Made by a program: the position numbers and the translations under genes. A DNA stretch of 64,000 nt from Veleropilina oligotropha (lineage: Eukaryota): assembly GCA_048128005.1 (NCBI GenBank), contig JBEUKZ010000112.1:1-64000 (forward strand), in the 5' to 3' direction. This document shows positions 38,801 through 50,800 of the stretch, one piece after another. The notes under the pieces are model-generated. The model was not told the DNA's origin and did not search any database. It worked only from the letters and a program-made list of their open reading frames with translations. Each line of letters starts with the position of its first letter. Positions within the stretch are counted from its first letter, which is position 1.

Positions 38801-41800
38801 GAAACTGAGGGTGATAGTGCACAAATAATATAGCCTTATCGATGACAGTGGATTCCTGTTCATTGATTATACTGAATGTCATTTCATCAATCATTTTTTA
38901 AATCGTTGAGGCTGAGGCTTGCAAACTGCATTTTCTTTTCTTTGGAATAATTTCGATAACAAAACCTTTTTGTCCACTTATAGGATCGAAAGCGACAATT
39001 TGAGATTCAAAGAATGCAAAAGAGCCATGAAAAGCAATCAAATGTACTGCGACGAAAAGCCGAAGAGGTATGTATACCAATGATAGTTATTCATGTATTA
39101 TTACACACAAATGGACATAAACTGTTCGCTGATAGGAGCATGGATAACACACCGGACTTGCCTTTAGCTTAATATAATAGAAAGCTTATATGGCATTCTG
39201 ATTATCCATGGATAAAGACTATAAACCAGGCACCCACAATTACTATGAATAGTATGAAATGACTGAAAAAGTGTTGCAGACAAAGGTTATAGAAACAAAA
39301 ATACCAATCACAATGAACTAAAATATAGACAATGTCTCAGATATAATGTATCATTCAACTGCATGTTCTGTGCATATTGAATCTTTTTACTCTGCCGTTA
39401 TTTTCACTAGAATATTTATGGAGAAAATGGATGAACACTCTTTCTTCTTTAATCCTACATGTATGCATGATTTGCTTCATGCGTCCTAGGTTAGAACCAA
39501 ACTACAAGCGTTGTTTACATCATGAATGAAGATTAGAGGCAGCAATGAACACAGTATGTAAGCCTTGCTTCAAATTTGGACCAGATGCGTCTCATACATT
39601 AACCACTCTGCACTTGTCACACGGCATTTTGAGTAATTCTTATCAGGAAGAGACTGCTTCGCCAACTGTAAGTGCCTGTAATGCTTGTGATGCGTTTAAA
39701 TGTAGCTCGAAAATTGTCATTTATAACCTTTAAACAAATTTATTACTGTCAGGCGGCAGCATCCAACAAACGTTTAAAAGATGCCCTCGCTAAACAAAAG
39801 GTCGTCGTCGATGAGAGAAACAAGAAACAGGAGGGGTATGACGGCACAACGATCGGCAACCGAGTACGGGTAGGTAATACGAATGATATAGACAGAAAAT
39901 CTGTCTTTCAGCACAACATATATATTCCATTTGACAGTGTGAAATTATGAAATGTGTGATTTTAAAATCATTTCAAGATTATTTGATTTATTTGTTCTTA
40001 AAAATATGATTATTTCCTTTTATAATACAAATGACATGCACTTACTTATTTTTCATGCAATTCCCACAATACAAATGGTATTTCAATGACGAAAGGGTCA
40101 AACACATAATTTTTAACCCATCAGTTTCGGATCGGATTAAAGTGGGCACCCCAATCGGATCCATATAAAAGGCTCTTAGTGTGTGATCAATTATGAATTG
40201 TATAATGAATAGAATAACTGTTTATTTAGGCAGCAAGATGAATCAGGTCAAATATCTTAACCCTTCGAAGATACTGGTACGAATTGCTGTCAAACCATGG
40301 ACGTCATGTATCATGATGATGATATGGCAAGGGCATGGTTGAACTATGACTTATGTATTTGTGTTAGTGGTGAGATGAACAGATATATGTTTTGACTATT
40401 CCCTTTGAAAAGAAAATAACCTTGTTCTAATATTCTAACCTGTTACAGTCCTGGTTGAGTCAGGAACTGGAGTTGAGAGTGAGCATTAGAGACGCCAAGT
40501 ATCATCTGCAGAATTTGTTGGCCGACCGCAAGTCAGTGGTCGAACAGCTGCGATCCCTGAAAGAGAGGCTGGAAGACGAGCAACCCCCGTCAAAGGTCAG
40601 TTGCATTCTGGGTCGGCTCATTTGGTGACTTCTGAAAGTGAATTAGGCACAGTCCAAGATTTACCCATTTAACGATATGTCTGATAGGGTCGTAAGCACT
40701 AAGATGATAAAAATTATTATAAATGTAAGTTAATCATATTCAACTTAGAATAATTGAGCAAGTAGTATATAGTATCGAGAGCATTTTTGGAGTTTTGACT
40801 GTAAACTAATCCATCTGATCGGATAGAGATGATAACTAAATACATCTGAAAAATTGTTAAAACATGTGCATAAAACTAACTCATATCAAATCTAACAAAC
40901 ATTGGCAATGCATCAAAGTGTCATGCTTTATCTTTAAATCATATGTAGTTACAAACTTACTTACGTCCTTACACTTGCCATAATAGTCATATTCTCGCTA
41001 ACCGGAAACAGTGAATAATGTCACATTTATGCACTTATTTAAGTCAAAACACTACGATTACCTCCCCTGCTCCCCCTCTCTAAGTTCCCCCGGCGAGATC
41101 TCGCCAAGTCTCGCGAGATATCCGAGCTCGAGATCACAAGACCTCAATTCAAAGTTTTCCGCCATTACGGAAGAACGTGTTTTGTTTTGCTCCGCAAATT
41201 GTCCGAAATATAATCTACTAAGACTTATAACTCTATAAAAACAAAGTTATAAGCACTGGAATATACCTGGAGTGATATACATCAGTGAATTAAGGAAGAT
41301 TGATACTTGAAAACTAACTTCGAAGAAAGTTGGAGTTTGGGTGAAACCGACATCGCCGCCGTTGCCGAGAAAAGCAAGGGCCGCTCAGAGGGGAAGTTTC
41401 GTGTGTAGAAGAAATTTCTGGTCGGTATATTTATCTGATATTGTTTGAGACTGCAAACAGGTAACTCATTATATTGGATAATTCCTTAACGACGCTTATT
41501 GCTGGTAATTTTGTATAAATATTTAGCGTCGTTAAAAGGCAGGATTGTTTAGATATCAACTATTAGTTATTCTGATATCCTGCCGTTACTGGGATAATAC
41601 GCCACCGTACTAACTTAAAAACATCCACGAGGTTTTCAGGTGTTTTCTTGGGCGGTTTTTTTTAAGAAAGAACCCCCGTTGTTTAGTCTATTTGCCGGGT
41701 TTTATTAACCCGCCTCGGTGTTCCCGGTTCGGGGTTATTTTGCGGTATATCGCCTGATCTTTGATCTTCAGATTAGGGCAATCTAAAGGGTTGTAGTAGT

Positions 41801-44800
41801 AAAAGTCACAAATACCAAACATATACTTTTTTAACTACCCCGTCCACCCACTACCACCCTCCCGTGTATTCAGCTATGGTCCGGTGCAGCAACTCCGGGT
41901 GTAACCAGAAGATTCACGGATTTGATAGGCACACGGAATACCGTGTTCACCGTAATTGTAGTAAGAAGTACCAATGTGAACTGTGCCTAATTTTAACAGA
42001 GAGGCAGTGGGCGTTAGTCTATCCACCGGTGAAGGCGACCAGGGCGGCTGCCACGGTGGGTCCTCCCCCGGAGAAGGGACATGAAGAGATTGGTAAGTTA
42101 AGGGATAACGTTTCTTCTTTGTCTGCTTCAGGGACGCTGGACGACAGTCGACCTAAGGTATCGTCTGTCGCCGGATCTACCGGCGAAACCTCCGCGACTC
42201 ATGGGGGAGTCGCCGAGACCTTGCCGGGACCCCAGATTCAGGTAGGAGCCCGAGCGCTGTCCGATCCTCCTCAAACGGGCCTAGTAGCTGCAGCCAACCA
42301 TACCTTGCCGGCTAGCAAGGTATATCTGGCAGCGCAGCGAACCGCTGAACAGGGCAGACGATCCCCATCCTATTCTTCGGCCTCGAAGAATACGGGGAAC
42401 GTTAGTCCTTCTGCGGGAAACTCTCCGTTTAACGACGGAGAGCAACCCAATGAGAAAGCCAATAGAGAGGCCGGACACCATTACGATGGTCTAAGATCCG
42501 GACAATTGGCGACACCTGAACACTCGTCCGAGACCGACGCGACTAACCCTTGGGTTTTTCCGCTCAACCTCGGAGCTCACGAGTCTTTCAGAGGGCCCGT
42601 TCTCTCCCGTGCACCCTCCGTGGTCACGCTAGATAACGTGGACAGACCGGCTGCGTTCGGGCAGAGGTTCTACGGTGATCTGACCGTGCCTCGCTCGAAC
42701 AGAGTGGTAGACCAGTACGGACTGTGGCCGCAGTCCTACCGGTCGCCCGTCCCACTGAATGCGCCTTCGGGCCATTCTTTCGGTTACGACCACTCGACGG
42801 GTAACCCGAGACCCTGGTTCTCGGCTCCACCTGTCCGTGCAGCCCGTCTACCTTGCGCCACGGTGAGCTCGACAGAACTACCGGCTGTTAGTTTGACGCC
42901 CGTCATGCCTCCGGGTTTCTCTTACGAGAACTTCCAGGCTATGTTCGCGGCGGAGTTCGAGTCCCGATGTAAGGCCTGGCAACCGGCTCCCCAGCCGCCC
43001 CAGTTCCCTATACCTCTGCCCCTGGCGCAGAGCACGGCTCCTGCCTCCGTGATGGAGATCGACCCTCGTTCCGACGAGGACCTCGACTCCACTCACTCCG
43101 ACCTCCCTGAATCGGTCGGGCCCGAAGACACTGGTAGTCTTTCAGGCACGCAGGAGCCGACCTCCACCACCCGCCGAAGGCTCGACGCCGTTGCGTCACT
43201 TCGTGGGGTGCTTGACCTGCCGGAACCGACCCGGTCGGATGTAGGCCCGGTTAAGCACAGAACGGCGGCACATCGTTTTGTTGAGAAGGAAGCCCCCTTG
43301 CTTCCTTCCTTACCTCAGTCTGGGCTTGTTGATCTGGTGGTAGACTCGACAACGAAGCTCATTCAGGGGCGCAATCCGGTGGAGTCCTCCCCACTGACCG
43401 AGTACCCTTCGGGGTTCCGTAGTGGGAGGTACCTCCGGGCCAGTTCGCGTTCGATCCCATTCGCGTGTACTGGTCCGTGCCTGGCGACTGAGCCGGCTCG
43501 TGTAGACGCAGCGATGCGTTGACTGACCGCCAGTCACACTCCCTCTGTAGCGAAGGTTCCTTGGTCCGCCTTGGAAGCCTTCGAGAGCTCCGCCCGACGG
43601 GCTCTGCGGCTGTCGTCCGTTCAGGATTTTTTCCTAGACGGTGCGATAGCCGTATTACAGGAGGAAGGACCCGGCGCCCGTGAGGCAGCCTTGTCCTTCC
43701 TCCAGGAGGTTGCTGCCGTGATGGAGACCAGCGCGTTGGAGACGGGACGTGTCCTGGGCAATGCTCTCCTACTTCGTAGGGACGCTTGCCTGGAAGGCAC
43801 CTCGCTAGATGAAGCCACCCGGCGTTCATTGCGATGCGTGCCTTGTTCGGCCACCACTCTGTTTGGCGACAATTTTTCGGAATTCGTCGACAAGAGAGCG
43901 GCGGACCTGAAGGACCGTGCCATCGAGAAGGCGGTGCTGCACCCCCCCCCCCCGGGGTCCACCCGCCGACTCGAGGAAGCGCTCAGGGCCCACCCGGACC
44001 CCGAAGCCTTCTAAGCGTGCAAGGCCCTCTTCTGGTGGTAGGCCCCCGGCCAATAAACCCACTCAGAAGAGGCAAGCACCTCCAACGAAATCCCGTCAGA
44101 GCGGGAGAGGGAAGCCTCGGCCCTAGGGCTGCCAGCACACACGACGGTCCCAGCTGCCCGCTTCCGCCGGTGGGAGCGTGTCTGTTAGCGTACAGCCAGC
44201 CGTGGCTAGACCTAACAGACAGCAGCTGGGTCCACTCAGTCGTGAGTGCCGGATACAAGTTGGCATTCATCCGGCATCCGAGCCTAACCGAGGCACCACC
44301 ACCAAGCCGCGCTCGCCCTCTGCAAGGCGAGAAACAAGCGGTCTTAGACCAGGCAGTGCGGGACTTACTCCTCAAAGGAGCGATATATCCCGCGCCGCCC
44401 AGCACACCAGGATTTTACAGCCATTTCTTCCTGGTCCCGAAACCCGATGGCCGCTGGTGACCGATCCTCGATCTCTCGTATCTCAACCGATATCTTCGCA
44501 CCGAGAAATTCCAGCAAGAAACCCTCTCGAAGATACGAGCGGCCATCCGTCCGGGAGACTGGGCAGCGTCTATCGATTTGACCGACGCGTATCTGCATGT
44601 CCCGATGCATATCACGGCTCATCAGTACCTTCGGTTTATACACGGGGAGACGGTCTACCAGTTCAGGTGTCTACCGTTCGGTCTATCGTCAGCCCCGTAC
44701 GTCTTCACGAGAACAGTACAGGCCCTCGGAGCCTTCCTACACTCTCTAGGGCACAGGGTACATATGTACCTCGACGACTGGCTGATCCTCGGGGCGTCCC

Positions 44801-47800
44801 GGGATCTGTGCCACCGGTCTACGAGCTTTACCCTGTCATCGGCGAAGCGCCTGGGATTTCAGATCAACGAGACAAAATCCTGCTTCGTACACTCCAAGAC
44901 GTTTACATTCCTCGGAGTCGACTTCGACACGGTCCGGTACACCGCGAAGCCGACCCAGAAACGTATACGGAACCTACGCGCGGTTATTCAAGACACCCTG
45001 TCATCGAAGATAACTACGGCGCGACAACTGGCCACTGTCCTGGGGCACATAGAGTCGGTAGCGACCCTGCTACCGACGGGTCGAATGGACAAACGACCGT
45101 TACATCAGGCGTTCAGAGATCGCTGGATACAACGGACGGGGCAGTGGACGGATCGTATCGATCTTCGGCATTGGTTTACCAGCACGACAGCAGTGTGGTT
45201 GAACCCTGCTTTGCCGAACCAGTCGGTTCCTATATCCCCGCCAGAGCCGAACGCTTACCTGTTCACAGACGCTTCGAACGACGGCTGGGGTGGTCACCTC
45301 GACAGTTACGAGACATCGGGCCTATGGCCGACGGACCTTCAGGGACGACACATCAACTTCCTAGAGTTAGAAGCCGTCTACCTGACAGTACGGTCCCTCT
45401 CGTCACATCTCCGCAACAAGCACATAATGCTCGCCACGGACAACACGACTGTCGTCGCTTACATTCAGCACCAGGGCGGCACTCGCTCGCGTCCCCTTTG
45501 CGACCGAGCAATCGACCTACACCGCCTAGTGATGTCCCTCAACTCGACGATACGAGCCCGACACATCCCGGGAAAACTGAATGTCAGAGCGGACTCGCTC
45601 TCTCGGAAATCACAGATAATACACACAGAGTGGACGCTACACAGCCGAGTAGCTCGGGACGTTTGTCGCCGGTGGTCACAACCCCAAGTCGATCTGTTTG
45701 CAACAGAATTCAATCACCGACTACCTCTGTATGTCTCCCCGGACCCGGCCGCCCTAGCGGTCGACGCACTGTCAATGACATGGGAGAATCTGTCCGCGTA
45801 TGCCTTCCCCCCGTCGTGCATTCTGACACTCGTACTACAGAAGGCATCGAACGAACGTTGCGAGATAACGCTAATCGCGCCCCTGTATCGCACGCAACCT
45901 TGGTTTCCGACCCTCCTCGATCTGATCGTCGATCGACCGTTAGCGCTCCCGCAGAGACCGGACCTGTTAATGCAGGCGCGCAGCCGTGTATTACACCCAT
46001 CGCCGAACGACTTACGTTTACACGCCTGGCGGTTATCGAACGATCCCTCGCTAAGAAAGGATTTTCTCGCGCTACAGCCCTACGCATCTACCGATCGAGA
46101 AGGCTTTCCACGTGTAAAGTTTACGACTACCGATGGGTCAAATACGTGGATTGGTGTCACAGCCGGCAGGTCAATATTCTCCGCCCCCCTGTGAACAAGT
46201 TTATCGAGTTTTTATCGTCGCTCTTTGAACGCGGTATGTCAATGTCCGCCGTCAAAGGCTATCGGGCAACGGTCGCGACCACGTTAAAACAGTGCCGTGC
46301 CCATGTTAGCCTGTCAAGCGATCGAACGATTTCGGATTTTATACGATCCTACGAACTTGAAATTCCGGCCCGAGCAATACGGCCGCCTGCCTGGAACATC
46401 GTTCTCATTCTTAACGCTCTACTATTACCGCCGTACGAGCCTATGTCCTCGGCGTCTATGAGGAACTTAACGCACAAAACGGTTTTTCTTATCGCCTTAG
46501 CGTCGGGCAGGCGTTGTTCCGAGATTCATAGTTTATCCGCAGAGCTACGAGACGTTCGTTTCCAGTCAGACGGGTCGGTGATGCTGCGTCCTATCTTGGG
46601 CTTTCTCGCCAATAATCAACGGCCGAACGAGGATGCCCCCGACATCATTATCCCCAAGCTTACGCTGGTCGGAAGGCACGATATAGATCGGTTAAACTGT
46701 CCCGTGCGGGCTCTGCGCTACTACCTCGACAGGACCCGTGATATGCGGCAAGGAAAACTACGTTTATTCATTTCGTATTTACCTTCTTATACCCGCGACA
46801 TTACGAAGACGACTGTTTCGCGGTGGATTTCACAGGTAGTGAGAGATGTATACTCTCGCTGTGAAGAAGTAGACCGCACTATTTTATCAGTCCGCGCGCA
46901 CGAGGTCCGTGCAATTGCGGCTTCTATTGCCTTCCGACACAGCCTAAATATCTCAGCGTTGCTTCAAGCAGGTTACTGGAAAAATCCAAATGTCTTTGTT
47001 AAGCATTACCTGCGGGATTATTCTACTGGTGCTGATGGTTTGAGCAGTCTGCAGTGTGTAGCTGCTCAAAGATGTATTGTTAGACAGAGGTCGTCTAATC
47101 AGTGAGTATTGTTTCTTGATTTATCAATTAAATACTTCGTGCTGACGCAATGTTATTTGTCATGCCTAGCTGTTCTATGAAATAGACACATTATGAGGCG
47201 ATTCAATGTATGTTCATTTCTTAAAAACATTTTAAGATTTTGATACTTTCATGTCATACCTGAGTATTTTGACAGGCCAGTTCACATTGAATTTAATAAA
47301 CATTTATATTGCAAAAGGTCTTATAGGATTTTGAGGTTCAATATTATTGATGTTCTATGCTGTTACAGAACATACGATGTTCAAGACATTGAAAAAATTT
47401 TAATATTTGCTTCCTTAAAATTTATTTTAAGTAACATTACTCATGTTAGCTATTCGCAAGTTGGTCATGCGAATTACTTATTAATATCGATTATTTATTA
47501 ATAATCTATTAATTATTTGCTTAAGATTTGATGTATTCACAGCCTAACCATTAGGTTCCGTGTGCCTACAAATCCGACTGCTTCCTCTGGCTACCGGCCT
47601 ATGGCCCGGAGTACCAGTTGGCTGCCACTGGTCCATGACACGTAAGACCTACAAGGATCCATCCTTCCGGCCGTGCCTGGGGCTGATTGCACTTCCGTTC
47701 ACCTCGTCCGACTAACACCACGGCGTATTCTCCCGGTAACACTGGTCGAAATTCTCGCTTGGTAAGAGTAGAATATAATACTCAGTAGATTCCACTCTGG

Positions 47801-50800
47801 GCGGACACGATCGACGCTTCATGCTGATTGCTATGGTGAAAAGTAAGTCATAATCTTGTTTGGGATTGTTGTAAGGAACTTCTTACCCACCTATCCAAGG
47901 TCATTCTGGCAAGTGTAAGGACGTAAGTAAGTTTGTAACTACATATGAGGTTTTTAAGTAAACCTAATATTAGTTAAAACATACTTACGTCCTTACTACG
48001 ATTACCTACCCTGCGCTTTCGCATTCCTCCCCTCTTACTAAGTTCCTTTGGGGTTCTGAACTTTGAATTGAGGTCTTGTGATCTCGAGCTCGGATATCTC
48101 GCGAGACTGGGCGAGATCTCGCCGGGGGAACTTAGAGAGGGGGAGCAGGGGAGGTAATCGTAGTGTTTTGACTTAAATAAGTGCATAAATGTGACATTAT
48201 TCACTGTTTCCGGTTAGCGATAATATGACTATTATGGCAAGTGTAAGGACGTAAGTATGTTTTAACTAATATTAGGTTTACTTAAAAACCTCATTTTTCT
48301 AATGTCAGATAGAAAATGGTGCAATAGCAGTAATTATGAACGTAACGATGCATTTTGCTTTAATATAAATATTTTTTGTCTTTGTTCTGTAAGATTTTCA
48401 CCACGTTACAATATTTTGTTTCAGAGAGTGGCTTGGCTTGAAACGGAAGAAAAGAAAAATAGCTGCGATGATGAGATTTTGCACCATCAGATTTCAACTC
48501 TGGAACAAGATTTAGAATTAAGGTACATCATAGTATTGCCCATTAGTATTAACAATTACATTTACAGTTGCTTTGCAAATATCATTTAAAACTTTAATAC
48601 TATATATAAGTATAATGTTACAATAAGATTTTCCAGGCTATAATTGGCAAGGCATACATCCAAAAATGTACAGAACACCGTTCCAAAGCGTTTCACACAT
48701 TATTAAACAAGGATGAGTCTTGTACCTTTGTTACGTATACTTCAAGTTTATGAAATTTTTTATTTAAAAATTGGAAATAAAATTGACATGCACTTTATCT
48801 GTGAAGGTTTCTTGTTTACGTTTTAGAAACATTCAAATAGCTGACCATCAGCAAAAGATAGTTGATGCTGATCAAGGTGAGTGATATAAAGATTCTGGTC
48901 TATTATGTAAATAATGGTGTTAATAATTCATTACAAAAATCGTGGTTTTATTAATATATTATCTAGCATTAAATTTCTGAAAGATTTGTATGGATATTAT
49001 TTATAGTTATATCTCATGAAACCGGTGTAAAAGGAAATCCTTCCCCCCTGAAAATACTACCCCCCTACTAGGAAATTATCCCCCCCCCCCAGGAAGTAAT
49101 TCCTAGGAAATCCCCCCCCCCCCCAACCATAAAGAGTAATTTTCAACATTTCATCAGTTGCATACTTCTATACATTTAGGTCGCCGCACCAGTAGTCGAG
49201 TGGACAAGAGAGTGGGCCCTCAATTCACTCTCTTGACCGCTGCGCCGTGCAGCATTGTGTTCGAATTCTTGATTGGACACTTCGTTCAGTTAAGTCTTCT
49301 GTGATAATAAGGGTACTTCCTGGTATCACCATGAAGTTTGCTAAAACAGGACAGTTACGAATAACTGAGATTAGTAACTGAACAAAGAATGCCTAGGCCC
49401 AACTGAGATTCGAGCGCACGCCAGTGATTGAAAGTGATGTAAAAGGTAGATAGAAAAAATGTATACAGCATACCAACTGGTTAATAATATTAAGTAAACT
49501 AGATCACAGTCTTGTAGCTTCATAGATAAATCTGCAAACGTTTTTAATCTTTATATGTGGCTTTTGCTGCTCATCAATTGTTTGAATTTAATTATTGATG
49601 CCCAGCGGCAAAAATACATTGGAAGGATTTTCTTCTCAATTGTTGATAAACAGGACATACAACAGAAAATGTTATTTGTCTTTGAAAATCAACATTGTAC
49701 ACAATTTACATATTCTTTGTTGTCTGGGTATATTTCTAAATCTACCAATGTCCATTTCCGGAAGGGCATTAAATAATGTCTCTGTTTATTGTCATGTATG
49801 TTCAGATAATCCTCATATTTAAACTCAGTTTTATACAATCTGTATTTTGAAAAATTTATTGCTTTCCTCTAATGAAGAATGCCAATTTTGGATGTATATA
49901 TAAGTTATTTTTTGGTATATTATATGTAATGGAACAAAGAAATTATCTTGATCTTGCGTTAACCACAATCCTCTGAGACCAATTTCATTTAAGATGTCAT
50001 GTATAGAAGTGGCGCAGAAATTATTAGTGGGTTGTATTTGCGTTAAGTAAGCTCTTTGGTGTAACAAGTTTCTATCATTTAATACTTTTGTCCAGTAGGC
50101 AATTACTTGTAAATACTTAAAGAAGGAATTTTGGTTGCAGACTCTGCCACTGGCTCGATTCTGCTGACACAAAACAGTAGTGTTTTTGAATCTCGGTTGG
50201 GATATTGGCATTATTTATTCAGTCATAAATCAGTTGTCCTTGGCTGATAGGAGAGGACAGGTTTGCCCGGGCTACCGGACTTTCCTCCCGCGATAATACG
50301 GACATGTCCTGCTTTAATGGAACCTGATGGTTGTAAATATACAGGACATTAAACATTGATACAATCCAAAATGGATTTGCATAAATTTTTCAGAAATTTT
50401 AGATCTTAATATCCTTACTTATCGGTGTAAATTATGTGACTGAACTTTGTAAACAAAGATTTAATTTAAATATTACAACCTCTCGAGCATTTTAACTTAA
50501 ATAATTTCCAAAATTCATCCATAGTGAAGTTGATTATGTCCACTTATCATCATTCGTTTCATTTGATGTTTCCGCGTCGGACGTGGGTCGCGCATTTCGC
50601 CATCTCTGCTCTCAGTCCACTTCTCCAACTAGTCCTGTCCGTGGCATTGGTCCTGGTCATCTTCCACAACTTGCGCATCAATGATGACATCACTCCAGGT
50701 TTTCTTTGGACGACCTCGGCTGCAGCTGCCCACAACTTCATGACATGTGGCTTTGTTGATCCAGCCATCACTCCTTTGCACATGGCCATGCCAATGAAGA

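Larger units (their letters stand above)
40939..48294 (+). mobile_element. DIRS1-like tyrosine-recombinase retrotransposon, structurally complete, in KIF4 intron 18
   Basis: 199-bp ITRs (40958-41156 / 48059-48257), ICR at 47907-47996 complementary to both outer termini, gag-like, RT-RNaseH-MT and YR ORFs. Confidence 0.96.

Noticed and set aside
44140..47105. Bacterial or phage contamination or horizontal transfer (integrase, methylase, RT, high GC)
   Set aside because: ORF order, ITRs and ICR are diagnostic of a eukaryotic DIRS1-like retrotransposon embedded in a host intron.
47560..47860. Self-cleaving ribozyme (hammerhead or HDV-like) in the DIRS 3' region
   Set aside because: No CTGAnGA...GAAA core with supporting stems. 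The GTTCACCTCG segment lacks the P1/P3 pairings needed for an HDV fold. A covariance-model search would be needed to exclude it fully.
41011..48204. Duplicated small [16 protein letters not shown]... on opposite strands
   Set aside because: It is simply the translation of the two DIRS ITRs.
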